From Bryobacteraceae bacterium (lineage in GTDB: Bacteria; Acidobacteriota; Terriglobia; Bryobacterales; Bryobacteraceae): a DNA stretch of 64,000 nt. The stretch spans positions 148,306-212,305 of the forward strand of contig CBDDDT010000005.1 of assembly GCA_965226755.1 (NCBI GenBank). Reading direction: 5' to 3'. How positions within the stretch are numbered: position 1 is the stretch's first letter; each line of letters opens with the position of its first letter. The notes under the pieces are model-generated. The model was not told the origin of the DNA. It did not search any database and saw nothing but the letters and a program-made list of their open reading frames with translations. Below are positions 36,058 through 45,066 of this stretch, in pieces. The translations under genes were made by a program, and so were the position numbers.

Positions 36058-38523
36058 TTGAGATTCTCTCGCAAAATTCTTCTGTTGTGTGGCTTAAGCC
36101 TCGCATTCCCGCATTTTGCGTTACCGCAATTTAGCAGAATCATCGGACTGCCCGCCAATCCTGAACCGGAGCCGCCCAGCGAACTGGCGCCGGATAAGGC
36201 GGATCACGTTCCGCGAACCAACATTCCGCCGCTCGACAAGACTTACATCAGCGCGCGCGACCGGCAGGAATCGGAAAACGGCATCTATCACCTGCGCGGC
36301 AACGCGGTTCTCGAGCAGACGGACGCGGTGCTGAAGGCGGACGAGATCGACTACAACGAGGAAACCGGCGACGCGGAAGCGCGCGGCCACGTGTTCTACC
36401 AGAACTTCACGCAGAACGAGAAGATCACCTGCGACCGCGTGGAGTACAACCTGGATACGGAGCGCGGAAAATTCTATAACGTGCATGGCACGGTGAAGAC
36501 GCACATCGACGCGCGGCCGGGAATGCTCACCTCGAACAACCCTTTTTATTTCGAGGCCAAGTGGGCCGAACGGATTGAAGAGAAGTACATTCTGCACGAG
36601 GGATTGATCACCGGCTGCACGCTGCCGAACCCTTGGTGGACGCTGCGCGGGCCCCGTTTCGACATTATCCCGGAGAAGCGCGCGCTGGCCTACAACTCCT
36701 GGTTCTTTGTGCGCAAGATGCCGCTTTTCTATACGCCGTTCTTCTACAAGTCGCTCGAAAAGGAACCCCGGCAAAGCGGGTTTCTCACGCCCAACATCGG
36801 GCACAGCTCCCTGCGCGGTTTCATCTTTGGCGTGGGTTATTTCTGGGCCATCAATCGCAGCTATGATCTGACTTACCTCTTCCAGGACTGGTCCGCGCGC
36901 GGGTATGCGCACCATATGGATTTTCGAGGCAAGCCCAACGATAAGACCGATTTCAATGTAATCGCGTACGGGGTGCAGGATCGCGGCATTGAGCAGAACG
37001 GAGCGCTGCAGAAGTTCCCTGGATACGACGTGACAGGCACATTGCGGTCCGACCTGGGGGACGGCTGGACGGTGCGCGCGAATCTTGACCTGCTCAGTTC
37101 GCTGGCCTTCCGCGAGCAGTTCACCGATTCGTTTAACGAAGCAATTTTCTCCTCTTCCACGTCGACCGCGTGGGTGGGCAAGCATTTCGGCGCGTACAGC
37201 TTTGACGTGGCGGCGCAGCGCGTGCAGCTTTACGAGGACGCCACGCCCGGAAACTTCGTCATCCTGCACCGGCTGCCGGAGGTGGATTTCACGAGCCGCG
37301 ACCAGCAGATCAGCGACACGGTGCTTCCCCTGTGGGTTTCGTTCGACTCCAGCGCGGGACTGCTTCACCGGAGCGACCCGACCGAGGACTTTCGAAACAG
37401 CGCGACCGTGGAGGAGACGGCCTATTCGACGGGGCCGGCCATGCCGCGCATTGACGCGGACCCGCGGATCATGACGGCACTGCACTGGGGCGGCATCACG
37501 CTGACGCCGAGCTTCGCGCTGCACGAGACGTACTTCGGCCAGAGCTTTGCGAACGATCTGCAGACGAGCGGCACGGTGGAGACCAACGCGGTGACGCAAA
37601 GCGGAATCGACCGCTTCGCGGAAGAAGCGGGGGTGGACATCACGTTTCCGGCGATCGAGCGCATTTATAACCGCAAGACGTTCCTGGGCGATAAGCTCAA
37701 GCACGTGGTGGAGACGCGCGCCACCTACAAGTACGTGGCCGGGGTCACGGATTTCAACCGCCTTATCCGATTCGATACGACCGAACTGCTGAACGACACG
37801 AACCAGATCGAATTTTCGGTGACGAACCGGCTGTACGCCAAACGCGGGGATACGGTTTCGGAAGTGCTGACGTGGGAGGTGGCGCAGCAGCGCTACTTCG
37901 ATCCCACGTTTGGCGGCGCGCTGGTGGCGGGGCAGCGGAATGTCACGCTGGATTCGCTGGAACTGACGGCCTACGCTTTCCTGAGCGGACCGCGCAACTA
38001 TTCGCCGATCTCTTCCAACCTGCGGTTCAATCCTTTGCTGGGCGTGTCGGTGATCTGGCAGGCCGACTATGATCCGCTCCGCGGAGGGTTGATCGACAGC
38101 GGAATCACCGCCGATTTTCACCACAAGATTTATTTCGTCTCGGCTGGAAACAACTACGTGCGAGGAATTCTTCTGCCGAGTTCGACCGGCACGCTGATCC
38201 CGCAGAATCAGAACTACATCTCGCCTCCGGCGAACCAACTGCGCGGCGAGGTGGGACTGGGAAACAACACGCGCCGCGGGTGGAACGGCGCGGTGACGGG
38301 CGTTTATGATTACCGGGCCGCCGCGCTGAACCTGGCGCCTTTGCAGTTTCTAATCGCCCAGATCACCTACAACACGGACTGCTGCGGAATCAGCGGCCAG
38401 TACCGGCTCTATGACATCGGGACCGGACCGACGCTGCGCCACGACAACGAGTACCGGGTGGCGTTCACGATCGCCAATGTGGGGCAGTTCGGCAATATGC
38501 GCAAGCAAGAGCGCATTTTCTAA
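36058..38523 (+). CDS. lptD: LPS-assembly outer membrane protein LptD
   Basis: OstA-like N-terminal domain (LKADEIDYNEETGDAEARG), ITGCTLPNPWW, SGFLTP, beta-barrel, YNTDCC near the C-terminus. Start uncertain; TTG 36058 chosen. Confidence 0.9.
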   Translation: MRFSRKILLLCGLSLAFPHFALPQFSRIIGLPANPEPEPPSELAPDKADHVPRTNIPPLDKTYISARDRQESENGIYHLRGNAVLEQTDAVLKADEIDYNEETGDAEARGHVFYQNFTQNEKITCDRVEYNLDTERGKFYNVHGTVKTHIDARPGMLTSNNPFYFEAKWAERIEEKYILHEGLITGCTLPNPWWTLRGPRFDIIPEKRALAYNSWFFVRKMPLFYTPFFYKSLEKEPRQSGFLTPNIGHSSLRGFIFGVGYFWAINRSYDLTYLFQDWSARGYAHHMDFRGKPNDKTDFNVIAYGVQDRGIEQNGALQKFPGYDVTGTLRSDLGDGWTVRANLDLLSSLAFREQFTDSFNEAIFSSSTSTAWVGKHFGAYSFDVAAQRVQLYEDATPGNFVILHRLPEVDFTSRDQQISDTVLPLWVSFDSSAGLLHRSDPTEDFRNSATVEETAYSTGPAMPRIDADPRIMTALHWGGITLTPSFALHETYFGQSFANDLQTSGTVETNAVTQSGIDRFAEEAGVDITFPAIERIYNRKTFLGDKLKHVVETRATYKYVAGVTDFNRLIRFDTTELLNDTNQIEFSVTNRLYAKRGDTVSEVLTWEVAQQRYFDPTFGGALVAGQRNVTLDSLELTAYAFLSGPRNYSPISSNLRFNPLLGVSVIWQADYDPLRGGLIDSGITADFHHKIYFVSAGNNYVRGILLPSSTGTLIPQNQNYISPPANQLRGEVGLGNNTRRGWNGAVTGVYDYRAAALNLAPLQFLIAQITYNTDCCGISGQYRLYDIGTGPTLRHDNEYRVAFTIANVGQFGNMRKQERIF

Positions 38524-38683
38524 AACAGAGGGTGCGGCCGCGAGGCCTTCCGGACATGCTACGCTAGTCCTGTCGGCTGCGGCTTCCGCGGGCCTGTGCT
38601 CCCCTTTCAGTGAAACTGAAACGGAATGTCCCCTGGAAGTGCTTCGGAGCGGCAATTTCAGTACGAATTCGGGTTTTCTGGAC

Positions 38684-38711
38684 TTGACTTTTCCGCACAA
38701 GTCCATATCAT
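38684..38711 (+). promoter_or_regulatory. Sigma-70 promoter of rpsU (TTGACT-N16-TATCAT)
   Basis: Near-consensus hexamers upstream of rpsU. Confidence 0.6.
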
Positions 38712-38784
38712 GTCAGTACCTTAGTCGTAAGTTCCTGGTATACGGCGGGTTATTCAGCGGATGGGTTGGAGGTGTATTTCCAGT

Positions 38785-38982
38785 TTGGCAGAAGTAAAAC
38801 TGCAAGAGGGCGAAACCATCGAGAACGCCCTGCGCCGTTTCAAGCGGAAGGTTCAACAAGAGGACATCATCAAAGAGGTGAAGCGTCACTCCTTTTACCT
38901 GAAGCCCGGCGAGAAGAAGCGCGTAAAGCAGGCGCTGGCGCGTAAACGGAACCGGAAGAAAAGCCGCCGGGAACCCGAATAG
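38785..38982 (+). CDS. rpsU: 30S ribosomal protein S21
   Basis: ETIENALRRFKRKV and YLKPGEKKR; GGAGGT RBS before TTG 38785. Confidence 0.95.
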   Translation: MAEVKLQEGETIENALRRFKRKVQQEDIIKEVKRHSFYLKPGEKKRVKQALARKRNRKKSRREPE

Positions 38983-39073
38983 GTCAGCTCCTTTACTGTG
39001 ATACCGGGCCGGTCCATCCACCGGCCCAACCCAAAGGGCGAGATGCCCGGGAAAGGACCGGCAGGAGCAGCCG

Positions 39074-39379
39074 ATGCCAGATTTTCAGGATAGATCCCTC
39101 AAGTGCGTCGATTGCGGCGGAGACTTCATCTTCACCGCGGGCGAGCAAACCTTCTTTCACGACAAGAACTTCAAGAACGAGCCCAAGCGCTGCCGCGCGT
39201 GCAAGCAGAAACGTCAGGGTCCGTCGGCCGCGGGCCACGGGCGCGTGGAGACCTCCACCAGCTGCTCGCAGTGCGGGCGCGAAACCACCGTGCCCTTCCG
39301 GCCTACGCAGGGACGTCCGGTGTTCTGCCGCGACTGCTTCCAGGGCCGCCGAAGCGAAGTGCAGGCCGCATCGGCTTAA
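39074..39379 (+). CDS. Zinc-ribbon protein (tandem CxxC pairs, including CxxC-x17-CxxC)
   Basis: CVDCG-FIFTAGEQTFF-NEPKRCRAC and CSQCG...VPFRPTQGRPVFCRDC; AGGAG RBS. Confidence 0.92.
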   Translation: MPDFQDRSLKCVDCGGDFIFTAGEQTFFHDKNFKNEPKRCRACKQKRQGPSAAGHGRVETSTSCSQCGRETTVPFRPTQGRPVFCRDCFQGRRSEVQAASA

Positions 39380-39433
39380 GAGCGCAATTCACCACAACTT
39401 TCGCGGAAGACGCCGGGGCCAGCCGCGCACACC

Positions 39434-40816
39434 CTAGCTTTGCCTGCGCTTGCGGGCCCAGCCCTCTTTGAGGACCTGCCGGGAACGGCCTAGGGCGAGA
39501 GCTTCGGCGGGGACGGGTTTGGTGATCACGCTTCCCGCCGCGATGTAGCTCCCGTCGCCAATCTCGACGGGTGCGATCAGCGTCGAATTGCTGCCCACAA
39601 AGGCGTCGCTGCCGATGCCGGTATGGTGCTTATGCACGCCATCGTAGTTGCAGGTGATGGTTCCGGCGCCGATATTGGCGCGCTCCCCGACGGAACAATC
39701 GCCCAGGTAGGCCAAGTGCATGGCTTTCGCGCCGGCGTGAACCTCCGCCTTTTTCAGCTCCACGAAATTTCCGATGTGGGCGCCCGCGCCGACCACGCTG
39801 CCTGGACGGATGCGCGAGTAGGGTCCGACCTGGGCGCCGGAGGAGACGCGCGCCTCCTGAATGCTGGTGAAAGGATGCACCTGGACGCCATCCTCGATCA
39901 GGGCGTCGAGGAGCACCGAATAGGCGCCGATGCGGCAATTTTCACCGATACGCGTGTGTCCCAGAAGGCGCACTCCGGGTTCGATCACCGAATCGATCCC
40001 GACGGTGACCCCGCCATCGACGGTGACAGTCTCGGGTTTTTCGACCGTAGCGCCTTCGAGCATCACGAGTTGAATTTTGCGAGCGCGGAAGATGGCGTCG
40101 ACAGCCGCCAATTCCACGCGATTGTTGATTCCCATCAATTCGGAAGCGTCCGCGACGGGATAGGGCTCGACTCTGCCCCCCGCGCGAAGGAGCACGCCGA
40201 TCATGTCCGTCAGGTAGTACTCGCGGGCGGGGTTATCGGGGCGCAGTTCGCCGACGTGTTTCCAGAACAGATCGGCGTCAAAGCAATACTGGCCGGTGTT
40301 GACTTCGCGAATGGCGAGCTGCTCCGGGGTGGCCGCCTTTTGCTCCACGATCGCCTCCACGCCGCCGACGGCATTGCGGATGATGCGCCCGTAGCCGGTG
40401 GGGTCGGCCAAGTCAGCCGTGATCATGAGAGCGGCGGCGTCGGTCCGTTCGGCTTGGGAGATGAAGCCTTGGAGCGTTTCGGTCCGGAGCAGGGGCCCAT
40501 CGCCATTGAGGACCATCATGCGGCCGCCGAGCCCGATCAGCTGGTCGCGTCCGCACATGACGGCGTGGCCGGTGCCCAGCTGTTCGGCCTGGTGGATGAA
40601 ACCGATGCCCCGATGGGCGAGCAGCGCGCGCACGCGCTCCGCCTGATGGCCGACGACCACAAACGTGCGCTCCGGGGGCGCGATGGAGGCCGCCCGATCG
40701 AGCACGTGTTCGATCAGGGTCTGGCCGCCCGCGCGGTGCAGCACCTTGGCCTGCCGGGAGCGCATCCGCGTGCCGAGCCCAGCCGCCATCACCACCACTG
40801 TCACATCAGCCTTCAT
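39434..40816 (-). CDS. glmU: Bifunctional UDP-GlcNAc pyrophosphorylase / GlcN-1-P acetyltransferase
   Basis: MAAGLGTRMRS, EQLGTGHAV, EYYLTD, hexapeptide repeats, GAGTITCNYDG. Confidence 0.98.
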   Translation of the reverse strand: MKADVTVVVMAAGLGTRMRSRQAKVLHRAGGQTLIEHVLDRAASIAPPERTFVVVGHQAERVRALLAHRGIGFIHQAEQLGTGHAVMCGRDQLIGLGGRMMVLNGDGPLLRTETLQGFISQAERTDAAALMITADLADPTGYGRIIRNAVGGVEAIVEQKAATPEQLAIREVNTGQYCFDADLFWKHVGELRPDNPAREYYLTDMIGVLLRAGGRVEPYPVADASELMGINNRVELAAVDAIFRARKIQLVMLEGATVEKPETVTVDGGVTVGIDSVIEPGVRLLGHTRIGENCRIGAYSVLLDALIEDGVQVHPFTSIQEARVSSGAQVGPYSRIRPGSVVGAGAHIGNFVELKKAEVHAGAKAMHLAYLGDCSVGERANIGAGTITCNYDGVHKHHTGIGSDAFVGSNSTLIAPVEIGDGSYIAAGSVITKPVPAEALALGRSRQVLKEGWARKRRQS

Positions 40817-41798
40817 TCGCTTCCTTCAGCCTCTTTCGCCGGTTGGCCCGGACCAGGCGGAGCGCGACATTGGCCGAGCGCCGCGGATCATGCCGCACCA
40901 CTTCGGACGCCTGCAGCAGCTCCGCCTGAACGACCCGGATGCCCATGGCCCGGATGGTATCGAGATCATTTTCCACCGGCTGCACGTTGGCGCGCGCATA
41001 CCGCCGGCGCATGGCCGGACGGATGGCGCTGCAATTGACGACAGCCGTATCGATGAGTTTTCCGCCAGCGTGCTGGTGAATGGCGCGGATATGGTCCGAC
41101 GCGCGAAACCGGATGGTCTCCCCAGGCTGCCACATCAGGTTGACGAAATAGGCCTTGGTGGCGCGCGAAGCCCGGATGGCCTCCGGAATTCCGGCGACCA
41201 GCAGGTTGGGGATGACGCTGGTGAACAGCGATCCGGGGCCGAGCGTGATGAGGTCGGCCGCGGCGATGGCGTCCAGCGTCTCGGGAAGCGGGCGGCATTG
41301 CCTGGGCCGCAGGCGGATGGTGGCGATGTGGCGGCGGCTCTTGCTGATTTTGGTTTCTCCGGTGACGAGGGATCCATCTTCCAGAACCGCTTCGAGCTCG
41401 ACGTTTTCCGACGTCGAGGGGAAGATATGGCCGCGAATCTTGAGCACCTCGGCGGATTGTTTCACCGCCAGGGCGAAATCGCCCGTGATGTGCGCGAGCG
41501 CGGTGAGGAAGAGATTTCCGAAGCTGTGGCCCTTGAGTCCGGAACCGCTCTGGAAGCGATATTGGAAGAGCTTCGACAGCAGCGCTTCGTCTTCCGACAG
41601 GGCCACCATGCAGTTCCGGATATCGCCGGGCGGCAGGACGGCGAAATCGCGACGAAGCCGTCCGGAACTGCCGCCATCGTCGGTGACCGTAACGATGGCG
41701 GTGATGTCGAGCGGGGTCGTAACCTGCTTTAGCCCGTGGAGCAGCGCCGAGAGCCCGGTGCCGCCTCCGATGGCCACGATGTGGAGAGGCGCGCTCAT
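40806..41798 (-). CDS. yvcK: YvcK/GlmR (CofD-related) UDP-GlcNAc-binding gluconeogenesis factor
   Basis: IGGGTGLS, VTDDGGSSG, PPGDIRNC, GHSFGNL, GPGSLFTSVIPNL. Confidence 0.96.
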   Translation of the reverse strand: MSAPLHIVAIGGGTGLSALLHGLKQVTTPLDITAIVTVTDDGGSSGRLRRDFAVLPPGDIRNCMVALSEDEALLSKLFQYRFQSGSGLKGHSFGNLFLTALAHITGDFALAVKQSAEVLKIRGHIFPSTSENVELEAVLEDGSLVTGETKISKSRRHIATIRLRPRQCRPLPETLDAIAAADLITLGPGSLFTSVIPNLLVAGIPEAIRASRATKAYFVNLMWQPGETIRFRASDHIRAIHQHAGGKLIDTAVVNCSAIRPAMRRRYARANVQPVENDLDTIRAMGIRVVQAELLQASEVVRHDPRRSANVALRLVRANRRKRLKEANEG

Positions 41799-41816
41799 GC
41801 GTCGAAAGGCGCGGAC

Positions 41817-42404
41817 TCAGAAGGGTTGCGATCTCTCGGGATGGAGGAGCTGGGCAAAAAGCGGGGTGTGCGCGACGGAGGCGAAATCCGGATCCTGGCG
41901 CGCGGCGTTGCGATTGCGCGGGTCGGCATCAACGGCACGTCTAAGATTCTCATATGCGCCGGAGATATCCCCGCTGAGCGCGAGGGCGGCCGCATATCCG
42001 TACAGCATGTAATCGCATTTGGGATCCAGAGCGAGGGCGACTTCAAGGTGCTTTCGGGCGGTTTCCAGATCCCGCGCATTCAGGCGCTCGACTCCGTAGT
42101 GGTAGTGGTCCGACGCGGTTTTCAGCGCTAACAGCGGCTTCTGCATGCGCCGGTCGCAGACCACGACGTGGTTTTTGGCGGTGAGGGTCACGGGCAGTTG
42201 GGGGCCCTTGGCGGCGTGCTCGAAGAAGACGCGTGCCTCGGCGAACTGCTGGGCGCGGAAAAGCCGGAGGCCCTGTTCGAGAGCCTTCATCTGGGCGTCG
42301 GCCTGGGTCTGCACAACAGCAGCCGCGCCGTCGACCGCCGCGCCAGGAACGGCGCCGGCTTTCTCCGCGGCGGGAGTTCCTTCAACCTTCTTTCGCGTCG
42401 CCAT
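41817..42404 (-). CDS. TPR-repeat hypothetical protein
   Basis: TPR helices and NRNAARQDPDF motif. Start moved to ATG 42404. Confidence 0.8.
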   Translation of the reverse strand: MATRKKVEGTPAAEKAGAVPGAAVDGAAAVVQTQADAQMKALEQGLRLFRAQQFAEARVFFEHAAKGPQLPVTLTAKNHVVVCDRRMQKPLLALKTASDHYHYGVERLNARDLETARKHLEVALALDPKCDYMLYGYAAALALSGDISGAYENLRRAVDADPRNRNAARQDPDFASVAHTPLFAQLLHPERSQPF

Positions 42405-42471
42405 ATTCGTCCAACGAGACGCAGTGTTTATAGCAGACTCGCTGCCGCAAGTCAAAAAGAGCGACCGGAGC

Positions 42472-42510
42472 AAAAAAGAAGCCCCCTAAAGTTTTCACTC
42501 GAGAGGGCTT
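42472..42510 (-). terminator. Probable Rho-independent terminator
   Basis: Minus strand AAGCCCTCT...AGGGGGCTT stem followed by CTTTTTT, just after the di-heme gene. Confidence 0.6.
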
Positions 42511-42536
42511 GGGATTACGGCGAGTTCACTCCGGGA

Positions 42537-44888
42537 TCAGGGCAAGCCGCCGACCGGAGTGCCCATGATGGTCATAATTCCGCCTTTGGCGATGATGGCG
42601 GAGAGCTGAGCGTGGGTGTAACTTGCGCCGCCCGCCTCATTCGTATAGAGCGCCGTCGTCGGATTATAGAGCAGAGTCCGGGGTGAGGTGTTGATGGCGC
42701 CTTGCGCGATCAAAGAGCAGTTTCCCGCCGCGGCCTGAGACTCCAGCGTCGCCCAGTCCGAGGTGATGGAAGGAGTGGTGATGTTGGCGGAGGTGACGGT
42801 GCGGGTGTACCCGACCGTGGGCGCCATTCCGGTGTCGAACGACAACATGTAGGCCGCGATGTCGTTCTGGAGCTGCACTTTACCCGTCAATCCGACGAAA
42901 GCGCCGTTGCCGAGGAAGGAAGCCAAACCAGGTGTGTCGCCACCGTTGTTCAAGCCGAACCCGTCGATGGTCTGGCCGGTCTTGTTGAACAGGAGCTTGG
43001 TGTAGATGGCCCGCAATTGGGGAATTTTCAGCGGCTGCGGCTCGAGGCCCTGACGAATCGAGAGATCGGAGCCGATTGAGCCGGCGTGACACTGGATGCA
43101 GATCTGGCCGTTGGTGCCCGAAGGATAGTTGAGGAACAACGAAAGACCCGTTTGCGCGTTCCCGCCAGCCAGGCTGGTCGGATAGGTGCGGTCCAGATTC
43201 TGGTTCGGGTTCGGCATGTACTGAATCGTGTTGATGAAGTTGGTGAAGCTCGTCATATCCGAGTCAGAGAGCTGGTTGCCGCCCATCAACTCCTGGAAGG
43301 CGACGTTGAAATCGGAGAAGGCGGGCTTGTCGCCGCGCCAGTGGTAAGGCGCCGTGCCGTTCAGACCACGGAGGGGGAAAGTGGTCATGGGACCCTTCAT
43401 CGGATTCAACTCATAGGTCACGCCGGTGTTTAGAACTACCGGGAAGTAGGTGCCGGTGGGATCGTTGAGATCCCAGGAAAGATGATCGGTTTCGCCGTCA
43501 AGGTGGCAGGATGCGCAGGAATTGCTGCCGTTGCCGGAGAGCTTGGCGTCGTAGAGGAATCCGCGGCCCTGGGAGATGACGGCGGGGGTCGGATCGGTCG
43601 CTCCGGTTTTAAGATCCCATGCCACGACGGCGTTGGTGGTGGTGTTGATGATCGAGAATGTGTTCGAGATCCGGTTCCACTCGTAGAGGACGTGGGCGGT
43701 GTTGTTGATGGCCAGACCGCGGGGGCCGCGCTTGGTGGCCGGGGCGACGACGTCGCCGATCTCCTGCTGGTTGATCTCGATGCGGGCGAGGATGTTGCCC
43801 GCGCTATCTACCTGAGCAACGCGATCGGTGCCGAAGGCGGCAATGTACATTGTGCTTCCCGTGCCGTCGAAAACGACGTTGGTGGGCTGCGCCAGCGCGA
43901 GCGAGAGCGCGTTGGTGTCAACGGCGCAATGGATGTTGGAGACCGGATCGAGGACGTAAGCGGTGACGGTGTTCTGCGGAGTCACCTTGCTCAAGCGATT
44001 GACCGAATATTCGCCGCACATCGTAGGCTGGTCCTGGACCAGATTCGTCGAATCCGTATTGGTTACGTACAGGTTCCCCGTGGAGGGCTGCACCGCGATG
44101 TTGAAGTTGTTGGTCCCGATCGCGTTGAAATAGCCGTTGATCGCGAGTTTGCTTACCCCGATCGCGACCACGTCGTTATCCGGCATCGTGAAGGTGACGA
44201 CGTTCGAGAAGGCCGGGTTGTTGTAGTTGGTGATGTAGTCCTGCAACGGGATGGGCTCCAGATTGGCGGGACCGGTGGGCTGGTACTTGAGGGCGAATTC
44301 GCGCGCGATGACGGTCGATTGGTTTCCGGAAGCGCGGAAAGCGGCATAAACGGTGTTCCCGTCCGGGCTCAGGGCCATAGCCTTGGGCTGGCCTCCGAAG
44401 ACCGGGATTGACTGCACCAGAGCGTGGCTCGTGGCGTTGTAGACATTGATCAGATTGCTGCGGGCGATGCTCACGAAAGCGTTCCCGCCGGCAAACACGA
44501 TATCGGCAGGCTCATCTTTGGCCGCGATGGTGTCGGTGACGGTCTGTTTGGAAACCGAAACGACACTGATGCTGTCTGATTCCTGGTTGACCACCCATAC
44601 CTCGTCATTGGGATTTGCGGCGTAGGGATTAGGAGCGACGGAGACGGGCTCGATCCCGACCGGGATCTCGGCGATTTTCACCGGACTGGTGGGCGCGGTG
44701 ACATCGAATACGGAGAGGCTGGAATTGGGTTCGTTGATCACGAACAACCGGGTGAGATCACTCGAGAGGCGGATCGGGTTGACTGGAGATCCTTCGAAAT
44801 TAGTATAGGGCGGCGGAGATTGGGTAAGCGATGGCCATGCGAGCAGAAAAAGGGCAGCAAGCAAGGGCTTTGCCTTGGGAAGTGTCAA
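42537..44888 (-). CDS. Secreted YncE/YVTN-type beta-propeller fused to a di-heme cytochrome c peroxidase/MauG-like domain
   Basis: Signal peptide, propeller repeats (VWVVNQESDSISVV), two CxxCH sites (CASCH, CIQCH), LRGL...PYHWRGD and KIPQLR; AAAGGAG RBS before TTG. Confidence 0.85.
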   Translation of the reverse strand: MTLPKAKPLLAALFLLAWPSLTQSPPPYTNFEGSPVNPIRLSSDLTRLFVINEPNSSLSVFDVTAPTSPVKIAEIPVGIEPVSVAPNPYAANPNDEVWVVNQESDSISVVSVSKQTVTDTIAAKDEPADIVFAGGNAFVSIARSNLINVYNATSHALVQSIPVFGGQPKAMALSPDGNTVYAAFRASGNQSTVIAREFALKYQPTGPANLEPIPLQDYITNYNNPAFSNVVTFTMPDNDVVAIGVSKLAINGYFNAIGTNNFNIAVQPSTGNLYVTNTDSTNLVQDQPTMCGEYSVNRLSKVTPQNTVTAYVLDPVSNIHCAVDTNALSLALAQPTNVVFDGTGSTMYIAAFGTDRVAQVDSAGNILARIEINQQEIGDVVAPATKRGPRGLAINNTAHVLYEWNRISNTFSIINTTTNAVVAWDLKTGATDPTPAVISQGRGFLYDAKLSGNGSNSCASCHLDGETDHLSWDLNDPTGTYFPVVLNTGVTYELNPMKGPMTTFPLRGLNGTAPYHWRGDKPAFSDFNVAFQELMGGNQLSDSDMTSFTNFINTIQYMPNPNQNLDRTYPTSLAGGNAQTGLSLFLNYPSGTNGQICIQCHAGSIGSDLSIRQGLEPQPLKIPQLRAIYTKLLFNKTGQTIDGFGLNNGGDTPGLASFLGNGAFVGLTGKVQLQNDIAAYMLSFDTGMAPTVGYTRTVTSANITTPSITSDWATLESQAAAGNCSLIAQGAINTSPRTLLYNPTTALYTNEAGGASYTHAQLSAIIAKGGIMTIMGTPVGGLP

Positions 44889-45066
44889 GGTTCGTACTCC
44901 TTTAGGGATTGAGCAAGCGTACCAAATCTACGAACAGAAACAAACCCTTTAACTCGATAAAAGCGAATCTCCTAGAACTTTTTCAAACACTTGATGGACT
45001 GGCAGGCGCGCTCGGGACGATTTTGCTCCGGAGGCGACGCCAGATGGAGAGCGGATACGAAGACGA

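Noticed and set aside
36121-38238. 705-aa minus-strand ORF
   Set aside because: Antisense shadow of lptD.
44889-44930. Sigma-54 promoter (TGGTACG...TTGC) upstream of the di-heme gene
   Set aside because: The GG-to-GC spacing is not the required 10 nt. The similar site upstream of the peptide gene also fails, having GT instead of GC.
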